Shown here: piece after piece, positions 1 through 10,919 of the stretch
Numbering within the stretch: the stretch's first letter is position 1
Layout: every line of letters starts with the position of its first letter
Assembly (NCBI GenBank): GCA_020061705.1
Contig: JAGUXT010000035.1
Coordinates: forward strand, 2,345 to 66,344
DNA length: 64,000 nt
DNA from: Halothiobacillus sp.
Lineage (GTDB): Bacteria > Pseudomonadota > Gammaproteobacteria > Halothiobacillales > Halothiobacillaceae
Direction: 5' to 3'
Position numbers and translations under genes: made by a program
The notes under the pieces: generated by a model
The model's database searches: none
Seen by the model: only the letters and a program-made list of their open reading frames with translations
What the model was told of the DNA's origin: nothing

Positions 1-163
1 GCAACGCAAGATTCGACACCTGAAGCATAAACATCCTATTCCGCATTAAAGTTGTGGCGCATAGTAAATCAACACCAGCCATGTGATGCATTGCACAGAC
101 AGTAAAAAATGGCGCGCTCGTTGATGAGCCATTTCATAAACGCCTTGATCTAAAGATTAAGCC

Positions 164-199
164 CATAAAAAGGCCTCCGCATACGGGAGGCCTTTTATG
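164..199. terminator. Bidirectional intrinsic terminator-like hairpin downstream of the patatin gene
   Basis: CATAAAAAGGCCTCC-gcatacg-GGAGGCCTTTTATG; A and T runs on both sides. Confidence 0.75.
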
Positions 200-257
200 A
201 CCCGTGCACTCACTTTGCTTGGTACAAACCAAATGCTTTTGCAGGCTGCTGAATGTT

Positions 258-1463
258 CTACTTTGAACCCTGAACAAATCCTGGAGGAGTATTCATCCAG
301 TCATAGCCTTTTATGGCCTGATCGTAACCACGCTGATATAGAGCTTTCATATAGGCCGAATTGAATACCCCAGCATCCGGATGATTAAAATCCGCCGGAA
401 TATAGGCAAGATTAAAATTGAGAGCATCTTGCTGTGCAGTCACATAAAGTCGATAAAGGTCACCCACGCCCTGATTATGTATCAGCGCACCTACAGCACG
501 TCCGCCAATATTGAAAATCCTGCGCTCGGTTTCGGCCCACTCGGTGTCGATGCGCTCATTCATAATGATATAAAGATTGCGCTTGCGAACGAAACCATTG
601 GCCTTGGACATTTCATCCAACTTGATTGACGACGGGTAGATAAACACCTGCGCCATGGTGCCGCCATCGACGTGCATCTCTTGATAGATTTTTCCGTCTA
701 CTTCAACTTCAATCATTACTGGAGGGAATGCCACAGGAATTGATGCCGAGGCAAGCATAATGTTTTGAAACAACTCCAGGGCCTTCGGATCCTGACTGGC
801 CGCAATCTTGGTCATATTCCACATGACCCCCCTGGTGGCATCGATATTGGTTGTACCAATAAGCAAAATCCGCCCTTTCTGATATTCGGCGGCCACTTCA
901 TCAAGAAAGGCACGCGTAATCTGCTTGTTGATAATGGCGCGCAATGGCGCGGTATCCAAAACCGAATCCTCGGAAACAAGCGCCAAAATACCTCGTGCCT
1001 CAACCAGATCCTTACTTGAGGTATTGGTATACATTTCCTTCAGCTCAGCATCATGTGCCGAACCCAAAAAAGCATACGGCGCAATCAAGGCCCCTGTACT
1101 GATGCCGGTCACCAGATCAAACGTCGGGCGCGTACCTGCAGCTGTCCAGCCGTTGAGCAGCCCAGCACTATAGGCACCCTTGTCGCCACCGCCAGAGAGC
1201 GCGAGAAAATTTGCTGGCGGCAGATTGTCAAGCGACACGCCCTGCGACTTCAAATAAGCCTGCTTTTTGGGCAGCAAATCAATTACATCAAGCTTCATTC
1301 GCTCCATGTCACGCGCATTGCCAGAGATGTAGCGCACATCGCTCAAACCGGGGACAAAGGCCTTGCTGGTTTCAGCTGCAGGAACCGCAGGCTGGCGTGG
1401 CAAAGCTGAACAACCCGCCAAAATGGCAAGAGAGAGACATACAAATATGCTGCGTTGAATCAT
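258..1463 (-). CDS. Patatin-like phospholipase family lipoprotein
   Basis: GGGDKG oxyanion loop, GISTG nucleophile motif, DGG catalytic Asp, lipobox LAGC; start chosen at M43 of the ORF track. Confidence 0.85.
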   Translation of the reverse strand: MIQRSIFVCLSLAILAGCSALPRQPAVPAAETSKAFVPGLSDVRYISGNARDMERMKLDVIDLLPKKQAYLKSQGVSLDNLPPANFLALSGGGDKGAYSAGLLNGWTAAGTRPTFDLVTGISTGALIAPYAFLGSAHDAELKEMYTNTSSKDLVEARGILALVSEDSVLDTAPLRAIINKQITRAFLDEVAAEYQKGRILLIGTTNIDATRGVMWNMTKIAASQDPKALELFQNIMLASASIPVAFPPVMIEVEVDGKIYQEMHVDGGTMAQVFIYPSSIKLDEMSKANGFVRKRNLYIIMNERIDTEWAETERRIFNIGGRAVGALIHNQGVGDLYRLYVTAQQDALNFNLAYIPADFNHPDAGVFNSAYMKALYQRGYDQAIKGYDWMNTPPGFVQGSK

Positions 1464-1666
1464 GGGAAAAATACTCCTGAATTTGGCCTTGAATGGGTGC
1501 GTTTGGGTGGTATTGCTCATGCAAAAATACTGAGCCTGCACCCCAGCGATTCTACACAACGGGAAGGATTTTATTGACGCAACGCCCACGACCTACACAA
1601 TTATGGATCATCAAGCGTTAGAATCAACGCAGAAAACCCTACTTCAACCATATTCAAGGAGAATAT

Positions 1667-2323
1667 ATGAAACCCAACCTTATCGCTCTGCCCGTCCTCG
1701 TGGCCACCCTAGCCCTTGGTGGCTGCGCCTCGACGCAGCAGACCATTCAGGACAACCCCAATACCGCAGCAGGTGTCGGTATCGGTGCTGTTGGCGGCGC
1801 GTTGATTGGTAGCGCAGTGGCAGGCTCAGGCCGCCGTACGGAAGCTGCTGTGATTGGTGCTGTCGTCGGCGGTTTGGCCGGCGGCCTGATTGGCAACCGC
1901 ATGGATGAACAGGAGCGCGCCCTGCGCCAGCAAATGGCCAATACCAACGTGGATGTCGAACGTCGCGGCGATAACATCGTACTGGTCTTCCCCGACAACA
2001 TCACTTTCGCCACCGGCAGCTCGCAGGTCAAGCCGGAGTTCATGAGCGTACTGGATAGCGTTGCCCAATCCTTGCAGCAATACCCCGACACGCGTATTCA
2101 GATTGCCGGCTTCACCGACAATGTCGGATCGCCGAGCGCCAACCAGCGCCTGTCCGAAGACCGTGCCTTCCGTGTGCGTGACTACCTGAGCACACGCGGT
2201 GTGGCCGTTCAACGCATGACCCCAATCGGTTATGGTGCGAGCCGTCCGATTGCGAGCAATGACACCGCAGCAGGGCGTGCCCAGAACCGTCGAGTGGAAA
2301 TCACCATCCAGCCGAATCAGTAA
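1667..2323 (+). CDS. OmpA-family lipoprotein with glycine zipper (YiaD-like)
   Basis: Lipobox LGGC, repeated GAxxG zipper, C-terminal OmpA-like domain (GFTDNVG, NQRLSEDRA, AQNRRVEI). Confidence 0.9.
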   Translation: MKPNLIALPVLVATLALGGCASTQQTIQDNPNTAAGVGIGAVGGALIGSAVAGSGRRTEAAVIGAVVGGLAGGLIGNRMDEQERALRQQMANTNVDVERRGDNIVLVFPDNITFATGSSQVKPEFMSVLDSVAQSLQQYPDTRIQIAGFTDNVGSPSANQRLSEDRAFRVRDYLSTRGVAVQRMTPIGYGASRPIASNDTAAGRAQNRRVEITIQPNQ

Positions 2324-2327
2324 TGCT

Positions 2328-2366
2328 CTAGCAGCCAGATCGTCTCTAGTCCGACAGGCTGCTGGC
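2328..2366. repeat. Internally deleted copy of MITE family A
   Basis: CTAGCAGCC...AGTCCGACAGGCTGCTGG matches the ends of the 51075-51168 element. Confidence 0.65.
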
Positions 2367-2378
2367 TACATCGATTTC

Positions 2379-2402
2379 AACCCGCCGCTGGCGGGTTTTT
2401 CA
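2379..2402 (+). terminator. Intrinsic terminator of the OmpA lipoprotein gene
   Basis: AACCCGCC-gct-GGCGGGTT followed by T-run. Confidence 0.8.
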
Positions 2403-2406
2403 CTTT

Positions 2407-2514
2407 CAGGACTTACGCAATACAAGCTTTAGCCCCCTCGGCTTTGCCTCTCCCGCTTGATGGGGGAGAGCTCAGCAGGGGGCAAGGTTAAATCCACTCG
2501 CTGCGTAAGTCCTG
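2407..2514. mobile_element. MITE family B, copy 1 (108 bp)
   Basis: Perfect 13-bp terminal inverted repeats CAGGACTTACGCA/TGCGTAAGTCCTG; hairpin-rich non-coding interior. Confidence 0.8.
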
Positions 2515-2516
2515 CT

Positions 2517-3191
2517 TCAAATCACCCCGCGCTCGGCCAACGACACAGGCTCACCATCACCCACCACAAAATGATCGAGCAGGCGCATATCCAGCAAGGC
2601 CAGCGCGTCTCGCAAACGGCGGGTGATCGCTTCATCAGCCGCGCTTGGCTCGGCCACGCCGGAAGGATGGTTGTGCGCCACGATCAAAGCCGCCGCATTA
2701 TGCTGCAAGGCGCGGCGCACCACTTCACGCGGATGCACACTGGTTTCGGCAATCGAACCCAAAAACATCTCCTCCGCCGCCAGCAAACGATGGCGTGTAT
2801 CGAGAAACAACACCAAAAACACCTCACGCGGTTGGTCGCGCAAGCGCGCCGACAAATAGGCGCGCACCGTATTTGGCGAACTGAATGCTTCACCCCGCTC
2901 AAGGCTTTCGCGCATGTGCCGCCGCGCCATTTCCAGCACGGCCTGCAACTGGGCGTATTTGGCATCACCCAGCCCCAGTCCGGTGCAAAAATCCGAACGC
3001 GAGGCTTTCATCAGGGCACGCAAGCCGCCGAAGGTGGTCAGTAACTCACGCGCAAGATCCACCGCTGATTTGCCCGTCACCCCGGTGCGCAGGAAAATGG
3101 CCAGCAATTCTGCATCGGACAAGGTAGACGCTCCTTGTTTAAGCAATTTCTCACGCGGTCGTTCATCTTCCGGCCAGTCGGTAATTGCCAT
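2517..3191 (-). CDS. radC: RadC/JAB-domain protein
   Basis: [13 protein letters not shown]-terminus, [30 protein letters not shown] motif, LLDHFVV. Confidence 0.95.
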   Translation of the reverse strand: MAITDWPEDERPREKLLKQGASTLSDAELLAIFLRTGVTGKSAVDLARELLTTFGGLRALMKASRSDFCTGLGLGDAKYAQLQAVLEMARRHMRESLERGEAFSSPNTVRAYLSARLRDQPREVFLVLFLDTRHRLLAAEEMFLGSIAETSVHPREVVRRALQHNAAALIVAHNHPSGVAEPSAADEAITRRLRDALALLDMRLLDHFVVGDGEPVSLAERGVI

Positions 3192-3254
3192 CTAACGCGC
3201 TCTTTTTGCAGCTGATTGCTGACGAGTGTAGTCGTGACCCGCTAAACTGCTCGC

Positions 3255-4461
3255 ATGAATCTTACCCACAAAAAAATCCTCCTCGGCATCGCGGGCGGCA
3301 TAGCAGCCTACAAAGCCTGCGAACTGGTGCGTCGTTTGCGTGACGCAGGCGCAGACATTCGCGTGGTCATGACGGAAAACGCCACGCGCTTTGTCACTCC
3401 GCTGACCCTGCAAGCACTGTCCGGCAATCCGGTGCGCGTGTCGTTGTGGGATGAGGAACACGAAGCCGCCATGGGTCATATCGAACTGGCGCGCTGGGCG
3501 GATGCCATTCTGATCGCTCCGGCCAGTGCCGATATGATGGCGCGCCTGGCCGCTGGTATGGCCGATGACTTGCTCAGCACCTTGTGTTTAGCTTCCGAAG
3601 CACCGTTGTTGCTTGCCCCGGCCATGAACCGGGTCATGTGGGCGCACCCGGCCACACGAGCCAATGCGCAAATCCTGCTTTCACGTGGTATCCAATTGTT
3701 CGGCCCGGGCAGTGGGGCACAGGCCTGCGGCGAGTTGGGCGAAGGACGAATGCTGGAGCCGCTGGAGTTAGTGCAGCGGCTTGCCGTCGCCATATCCCCG
3801 CCCTCCAATCCCATTGGGGATGCAGCGCTTTTCGGCAAGCGTGTGGTCATCACCGCCGGAGCCACCCGCGAAGCCATTGACCCGGTGCGTTTTATCAGTA
3901 ACCGCAGCTCCGGGCGCATGGGGTATGCCGTGGCTGAAGCCGCCCGCGATGCCGGCGCCGAAGTGGTACTGATTAGCGGAGTGACCTCCCTGCCCGCACC
4001 ACAAGACGTCACCCGCATTGAGGTTGAAACCGCCCTGCACATGCGCGAGGCGGTCATGCAAGCCATGCCCTGCGACATTTTTATCGGCACGGCTGCTGTG
4101 GCCGACTATCGCCCGACTGAAACCGCCTTGCAAAAAATCAAAAAAAACGCCGACACGCTTACTCTCGAACTGGTAAAGAACCCCGACATCCTCAGTGAGG
4201 TCGCCGCTCTTGCCTTGCGCCCATTTACCGTTGGATTCGCAGCTGAAACCGAGCATCTGCTTGACCATGCGCGCGCCAAACTGCAACGCAAAAAGCTGGA
4301 TATGATTGCCGCCAATCTGGTCAGTGAAGGTCGCGCTTTTGACCAGGCAGACAATGCGCTGACCATTTTGTGGGGCGACTCCCAAATCGAACTGCCGCAG
4401 GCTGATAAGCGCCTGCTGGCGCAACAACTGATTCAAATCATTGCCCAAAGAGTCACACAAC

Positions 4462-4469
<8 letters not shown>
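3255..4469 (+). CDS. coaBC: Bifunctional phosphopantothenoylcysteine decarboxylase/synthetase
   Basis: [50 protein letters not shown]; divergent from radC as usual. Confidence 0.97.
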
Positions 4470-5851
<1,382 letters not shown>

Positions 5852-5856
5852 TCCCG

Positions 5857-6603
5857 TTATTTTATGGGTGCACCGCTGTCTTCAGACTTTGGCGATGGAG
5901 GCGTAGGACTTAAGAGCAGGAACGTATCCGATACTGGCACTGAGGGTGCAATTTTTGGATTCAAGCTCTCGTGGCGCGCCTTGGCGATGCGCCATCGGGC
6001 TTGAAGCTTGTCAAAATGGGCGTTGACTGCTTCCTTTTCCGCATCTACCTGTTGAATAGCTACCCTTTCTGCCGCAAGGCTCTTCTTGAGTTCAAGAAGC
6101 TCCTTGCTTTGTGGCTTACCTTGGGCTGCCTGCTCCAACAAAAACTCAATGCGTGCTTGAATGCTGCTTGCATTCATTTCGTGAAATTTGCGTTTGCCTT
6201 CAGTAGTTTGCAGCATGGATTCGCGTGCTTCCTTAATGGCATCTTCACTGCCGTAAAGCTGCAATAACAAACTCTCTCGGCGCATCTGCTCATCAGCCAC
6301 ACGCTTGGCCGCCTCTTGAGCCGCGCGCTGACGCTCCTGTTCAGCACGTACTTCAGCACTGACCTCAGGAGCCACCAGATTCTTTTCGCGACCCTGACTA
6401 TCCAGAACGCCATAACCTTTTTTGGCTTGCGACGGCGGTACCTGATCGGTGTAAATCACTTTCCCATGCTCATCTGTCATGCGATAAAGATCTGCCGCGT
6501 GCAGGCTTGGCATAAAGCACAAGACAAGCATCAGAGACGCATGCGCCCGCCCACTCGCCCCACTGCTTTCATCTCCCAAGTCAAGTCCCCGCAAGCCAAG
6601 CAC
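5857..6603 (-). CDS. Exported DUF4124-like protein with coiled coil
   Basis: YRMTDEHGKVIYTDQVPP matches the DUF4124 pattern (Y.W.D..G...YTD.PP); AAGGAG 6 nt before GTG. Confidence 0.7.
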   Translation of the reverse strand: MLGLRGLDLGDESSGASGRAHASLMLVLCFMPSLHAADLYRMTDEHGKVIYTDQVPPSQAKKGYGVLDSQGREKNLVAPEVSAEVRAEQERQRAAQEAAKRVADEQMRRESLLLQLYGSEDAIKEARESMLQTTEGKRKFHEMNASSIQARIEFLLEQAAQGKPQSKELLELKKSLAAERVAIQQVDAEKEAVNAHFDKLQARWRIAKARHESLNPKIAPSVPVSDTFLLLSPTPPSPKSEDSGAPIK

Positions 6604-6747
6604 TCATGACTCCTTATCTAAATTGCATTGTGTTTGAAGAATAGCTGATAAAGCCCCTTAGTAACCACATTTTGAGCCACCATGCACTAAACAACCGTGC
6701 TTATCCCACCCACATTCGGGAGCATATCTTCCTGTCGAATGCAATAT

Positions 6748-6756
6748 TTATACACA
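6748..6756 (+). promoter_or_regulatory. DnaA box
   Basis: TTATACACA matches the TTWTNCACA consensus. Confidence 0.5.
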
Positions 6757-6936
6757 AGCAAATCCAATTTCATCTAACTCATTGATTTGACTTGAATACA
6801 TTAAATTCCAACCAACTAATAAACTCAACATATTGATTTATATGGATTTATGTTTTATGGCTAAAATATGACCAGAACACCTCGCACCCCGATTGAATGC
6901 GGGATGGGCGCGTTCAATCGCAATACACTCACAGTT

Positions 6937-6959
6937 TTATCCACAGCTTTTGGGGATAA
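6937..6959. promoter_or_regulatory. Inverted pair of DnaA boxes
   Basis: TTATCCACA (6937-6945, perfect) and TGGGGATAA (6951-6959, one mismatch, opposite strand). Confidence 0.55.
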
Positions 6960-7101
6960 AAGCCTGTGCTGCGATTGAACAATCACTTACGTCATTCCTT
7001 GCAAATTTTCCCTTGAATTTGTGTTGCAACCGAATGGTGTTTTTTCCTCATGCCAAGCCCTGCCAGATGCTCTCGGTGAAGCTGCCTTATACCTAAAGCA
7101 A

Positions 7102-7127
7102 ATCATTTAATTGTATTATTGAACGAT
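7102..7127. promoter_or_regulatory. Probable ArsR/SmtB-type operator
   Basis: Imperfect palindrome ATCATTTAAT-tgtatt-ATTGAACGAT directly upstream of an ArsR-family gene. Confidence 0.5.
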
Positions 7128-7174
7128 TGAGCATTACGATGTGCACAATTTCCAGCCCACGACTCAAAACCACC

Positions 7175-7840
7175 ATGCCCGGCTTCAAACAAGACCTCAA
7201 CGACCAGTTCGCGCGCATTGGAAAAATGCTTTCCAACGGACGCAGGCTGGAACTGCTTGAATATCTGGCACAAAGCGAGCGCAGCGTGGAGCAACTTGCT
7301 GCGGTCAGCGGTCTGAGTGTGGCGAATACCTCCCAGCACCTGCAACAGATGCGTCAGGCCGGTCTGGTGAATGCACGACGCGAGGGCAAGCAGATTCTGT
7401 ATTCTCTGGCAGGCGATGATGTGATTCATCTGTTGGATGCGCTGCGCCGTGTGGCCGAAGGGCGGCTGGCTGAAGTGCGCGAGATGGTGGCCAATGTGCT
7501 CACCGCCCGCGACAGTCTGGAGCCGATCCAGGCCAACGAGTTACTGGAACGCTCACGCATGGGGCTGGTCACGGTGCTGGATGTGCGCCCGGCAGAAGAA
7601 TATGCGGCAGGCCATTTGCCCGGCGCCATCAATATCACGCTGGCCGAGCTGGAACAGCAACTGGATCGCCTGCCCGCCGACAAGGAAGTGATTGCCTATT
7701 GTCGGGGCGCCTACTGCGTACTCTCGTTCGAAGCCGTCGCCCGCCTGCGCGAGCATGGCCTTCAGGCGCGGCGTCTGGAACAGGGCTACCCGGAATGGAA
7801 ACTGGCCGAAAAAACCCAGCACGAAACGAGGCCATCATGA
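7175..7840 (+). CDS. ArsR/SmtB HTH regulator fused to a rhodanese domain
   Basis: RRLELLEYLAQ..SVEQLA...SVANTSQHLQQMR..GLV (ArsR HTH); LDVRPAEEYAAGHLPGA and AYCRG (rhodanese active-site Cys). Confidence 0.9.
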   Translation: MPGFKQDLNDQFARIGKMLSNGRRLELLEYLAQSERSVEQLAAVSGLSVANTSQHLQQMRQAGLVNARREGKQILYSLAGDDVIHLLDALRRVAEGRLAEVREMVANVLTARDSLEPIQANELLERSRMGLVTVLDVRPAEEYAAGHLPGAINITLAELEQQLDRLPADKEVIAYCRGAYCVLSFEAVARLREHGLQARRLEQGYPEWKLAEKTQHETRPS

Positions 7841-8193
7841 GCATTTTGATTATTTTCAACCGTGAGCCCTACGACAACACCGATATCACTTGGAATGGGC
7901 TGCGTCTGGCCGAGCAACTGCGCGCCACAGGGCAGGCGGTGAGGTTGTTCCTGATGAACGATGCTGTGGATATGGCACGCGACGCTTGCGTACCGCCGGC
8001 GGGTTATGATCAGGACCTGGCGGGGATGCTCAAGGAACTCATTGCCAAGGATGTGCCGGTGAAAGTATGTGGAAGCTGTATGGCGCGCTGCGGCATTTAC
8101 AAAAACCAGCCCTATTTTGCAGGTGCGGAACAATCCACCATGGCTGCCCTGGCTGAATGGGTTGTGGACAGCGACAAGGTCATGACCTTTTAA
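7837..8193 (+). CDS. DsrE-family (YchN-like) sulfur-relay protein
   Basis: LFLMNDAV, CGSCMARCG Cys motif, LAEWVVDSDKVMTF; ATGA overlap with the upstream gene. Confidence 0.85.
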   Translation: MSILIIFNREPYDNTDITWNGLRLAEQLRATGQAVRLFLMNDAVDMARDACVPPAGYDQDLAGMLKELIAKDVPVKVCGSCMARCGIYKNQPYFAGAEQSTMAALAEWVVDSDKVMTF

Positions 8194-8194
8194 C

Positions 8195-8298
8195 CAGGAC
8201 GTACGCAAAACCGTCCCAGCGGCGTTAAGGCGCTTTGCCGTACTTGAAGTACTGGCATCAAAGCCTTGCCTTGCTGGAACATTTTTTCGTACGTCCTG
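8195..8298. mobile_element. MITE family B, copy 2 (104 bp)
   Basis: Ends CAGGACGTACGCA / TTCGTACGTCCTG; interior homologous to 15856-15959 (CCCAGCGGCGTTAA.GCGC..CGCCGTACT..GTACTG). Confidence 0.8.
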
Positions 8299-8324
8299 AT
8301 GACAACCAAAAATCCGAGAACACC

Positions 8325-9278
8325 ATGAACGAAATGACCCCGCTGCATGCTCTGCGCAGCTATCTTGAAAGCGTCATTGTGGGCCAACACGACCTGCTCG
8401 ACCGATTATTGATTAGCCTGCTCACAGGCGGACATGTGCTGGTCGAGGGCTTGCCCGGCCTGGCCAAGACCACCGCCATCAAAACGCTATCCGAAGGCGT
8501 TCATGCCAGCTTCCAGCGCATTCAGTTCACGCCCGACCTTTTGCCATCCGACCTGACTGGCGCAGAGATTTACGACCCGGAAACGCACCAGTTCAACTTC
8601 CGCGCCGGGCCGCTGTTTCATGAAATCGTGCTGGCCGATGAAATCAACCGCGCCCCCGCCAAGGTGCAAGCGGCCTTGCTCGAAGCCATGCAGGAACACC
8701 AGGTGACAATCGGCGGCGTGTCCTACCCCTTGCCGGACTTGTTTATGGTCATGGCCACGCAAAACCCGCTCGATCAGGCCGGAACCTATCCGCTGCCCGA
8801 AGCGCAGCTCGACCGCTTCCTGCTGCATGTTGTGCTTGATTACCCCAGCGAGAGCGAAGAGCTGGAGGTTTTGCGCCGTCACCGCGCGGGCACGCACGCG
8901 CGTGCAGAGGCTCCGCAGATTGATGTCGCCTGGGTGCTGAATGCACGTCGCCGCGTGGATGCTGTGCATATCGCGCCTGAACTCGAGGCCTGGATCGTGC
9001 GCCTGGTGGCCGCCACCCGCAACATGGTCGCTCACGTCCCCACAGCCGCCGGACAGATCGAATGCGGCGCGTCACCGCGTGCCTCACTGGCCTTGGCTCA
9101 TGCCGCGCAAGCCCTGGCCTTTCTGCGGGGACGCGACTTTGTCACCCCCGAAGATTTGCTCGACATCGCCCCCGATGCCCTGCGCCACCGCCTGCTGCTC
9201 AGCCCGGTCGGCCAACTCGCCCGCGTCAATCGTGACGCACTGATTGCCCAGTTGTGTGATGCGCTTCCCATTGTCTAG
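8325..9278 (+). CDS. moxR: MoxR-family AAA+ ATPase
   Basis: EGLPGLAKT, RIQFTPDLLPSDLTG, LADEINRAPAKVQAALLEAMQE, ATQNP, LPEAQLDRF. Confidence 0.95.
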   Translation: MNEMTPLHALRSYLESVIVGQHDLLDRLLISLLTGGHVLVEGLPGLAKTTAIKTLSEGVHASFQRIQFTPDLLPSDLTGAEIYDPETHQFNFRAGPLFHEIVLADEINRAPAKVQAALLEAMQEHQVTIGGVSYPLPDLFMVMATQNPLDQAGTYPLPEAQLDRFLLHVVLDYPSESEELEVLRRHRAGTHARAEAPQIDVAWVLNARRRVDAVHIAPELEAWIVRLVAATRNMVAHVPTAAGQIECGASPRASLALAHAAQALAFLRGRDFVTPEDLLDIAPDALRHRLLLSPVGQLARVNRDALIAQLCDALPIV

Positions 9279-9328
9279 CTTCTTTGAGTCAGGACTTATG
9301 ATTACAAGATGTGGATTGTTTTTTAAAT

Positions 9329-9386
9329 GTAGGTGCGAATTCATTCGCACAATTCAGGAGCGCTTGTGCGAATTTGTCGCACCTAC
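9329..9386. repeat. GTAG-family REP doublet (REPIN-like)
   Basis: GTAGGTGCGAATTCATTCGCAC ... GTGCGAATTTGTCGCACCTAC, inverted pair. Confidence 0.8.
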
Positions 9387-9487
9387 AAAAATCAATCGTT
9401 CCTGCTGGATGGGCTTTCCCTTTGTTTAGGCTCAATGGACTCAAGCCTTTTGGGTTTGAAGAATTCGGCTGGCATCGTCCAAAGGCC

Positions 9488-10393
9488 GTGCCTGCCCTCT
9501 ACGCCCCACTGCTTAGCGACCAAGAACTTGCCGAAATTGCCGCGATTGCCAGCGAAGCTCCCGCAGGACGACGCATGAGCGAGCATCTGCAACGCGGCGA
9601 ACAGGCCTCGCGTTTTCGTGGTGCGGGCATCGACTTTGAAGACCTGCGCCCCTACCAGCCCGGCGACGACCCGCGCCGGATCGACTGGCGCGTGACGGCA
9701 CGTTTGCGCAAAACCTTTGTGCGTATCTACGGCGAAACCCGCCAGGCCGCTGTGTGGGTGATCGTTGATCGCGGCGCGAGTATGCGATTTGGCACCCGCA
9801 CACGTTTGAAATCCGCCCAGGCCGCACGCCTCGCAGCGCTGATCCTGAGCGGTGCGAATCGCTCGCATGACGCGCTCGCCATCACTTTACTGGACGGCGA
9901 ACGGCATATCAGTCACCCACCCCGCGCCGGGCGTGCACCGCTCTACAACGCGCTCGAAGCACTGCGCGCACCCTGCCCACCCGCGCCTGATTCCGAACCC
10001 AGCCGCTGGACGAACCTGTTAGCCGAGCTTGAAATCAGTCTGCCGCAGGGTTCACGCCTATGGATTTTTTCTGATTTTCTGGGTTTGAGTTCGTCGGATG
10101 AACGCCTGCTCGGACGCCTCGCCGCGCGGTCTGACGTGCGTCTGGGCTTGATTGAAGACACGGTGGAAACGGACTTGCCCAAACTGGGCTCCATCCGCCT
10201 GATGGCAGGTGGCGCTGCACTCGCGGTGGATACAAGTGCCGCCGCATTACGCAACGCCTACGCGGAATATCACGCCGAACACCATGCGCGTTTGCAGGCG
10301 CTGGCCTTGCGTTTGCGCGGGCATCTGCTTATGGCAGGCACCGATGAAGCCTTGCCGCAACTCGCCACGCGCCTTTTTGAGCATAGTTCATGA
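9488..10393 (+). CDS. DUF58-family protein of the MoxR operon
   Basis: GIDFEDLRPYQPGDDPRRIDWRVTAR, VDRGASMRFG; start reassigned to GTG 9488 because the upstream extension runs through a REP. Confidence 0.88.
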   Translation: MPALYAPLLSDQELAEIAAIASEAPAGRRMSEHLQRGEQASRFRGAGIDFEDLRPYQPGDDPRRIDWRVTARLRKTFVRIYGETRQAAVWVIVDRGASMRFGTRTRLKSAQAARLAALILSGANRSHDALAITLLDGERHISHPPRAGRAPLYNALEALRAPCPPAPDSEPSRWTNLLAELEISLPQGSRLWIFSDFLGLSSSDERLLGRLAARSDVRLGLIEDTVETDLPKLGSIRLMAGGAALAVDTSAAALRNAYAEYHAEHHARLQALALRLRGHLLMAGTDEALPQLATRLFEHSS

Positions 10394-10403
10394 GTGGCCG
10401 CAC

Positions 10404-10919
10404 ATGAACGGCATGGCCGACATTATTCCGCCCGTTCCTGCGCATGATGGGCTTGCCGCCTTGCTTGCACCGGCCTCCGCCTCAAGCGGTTGGCTGTTTG
10501 CGTTCACCCTTTTGATCGTGCTCGCCCTGCTGGTGTCCGCATGGCTCATGCGCCGCCGCCTCCTCGCCCGCCTGCGTCTCGCGCAAGCCAAACGCAGTCT
10601 GCGTGCCTGGCGTGCTGATGGAGTCGAAATGTTGCTACGACAACATTATGAGCTGACGCAGTTGCATCCAGCCAAACCACCCTTGGGCGTGGATGCTGCC
10701 TGCTGGCGCGCCTTGGTCGAGGGACTGCATGAGATACGTTTTGGTGGTCGAATGCTTGATGTTCATGTTCTCTGCGACCTGCTCAAACATGCCTTTCTCC
10801 CTGATTCCTCTGCGTATAGGCGCGACAAATTCGCACCTCCGTCGCGTCATCCGCTCGTATCCTGTTGGAATAAATTCCAACCTACAAAAAGTGGCACAGA
10901 CCAAGGCTCACACCCATGA
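10404..10919 (+). CDS. Small membrane protein (DUF4381-like position in the operon)
   Basis: Single TM segment followed by RRR; lies between DUF58 and vWA genes; stop overlaps the next ATG. Confidence 0.65.
   Translation: MNGMADIIPPVPAHDGLAALLAPASASSGWLFAFTLLIVLALLVSAWLMRRRLLARLRLAQAKRSLRAWRADGVEMLLRQHYELTQLHPAKPPLGVDAACWRALVEGLHEIRFGGRMLDVHVLCDLLKHAFLPDSSAYRRDKFAPPSRHPLVSCWNKFQPTKSGTDQGSHP
10816..10885. repeat. Hybrid GTAG-family REP doublet inside the 3' end of the ORF
   Basis: ATAGGCGCGACAAATTCGCAC ... GTTGGAATAAATTCCAACCTAC; left unit is nearly the reverse complement of the right unit at 9366-9386. Confidence 0.7.

Noticed and set aside
6610-7100. Calling this region oriC
   Set aside because: No dnaA/gidA context, few boxes, and no visible GC-skew switch (plus strand looks C-rich on both sides); kept only as a DnaA-box cluster
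9311-9487. REP inserted in frame in the DUF58 N-terminus
   Set aside because: The extension looks non-coding; the more plausible start is GTG 9488, which leaves the REP intergenic
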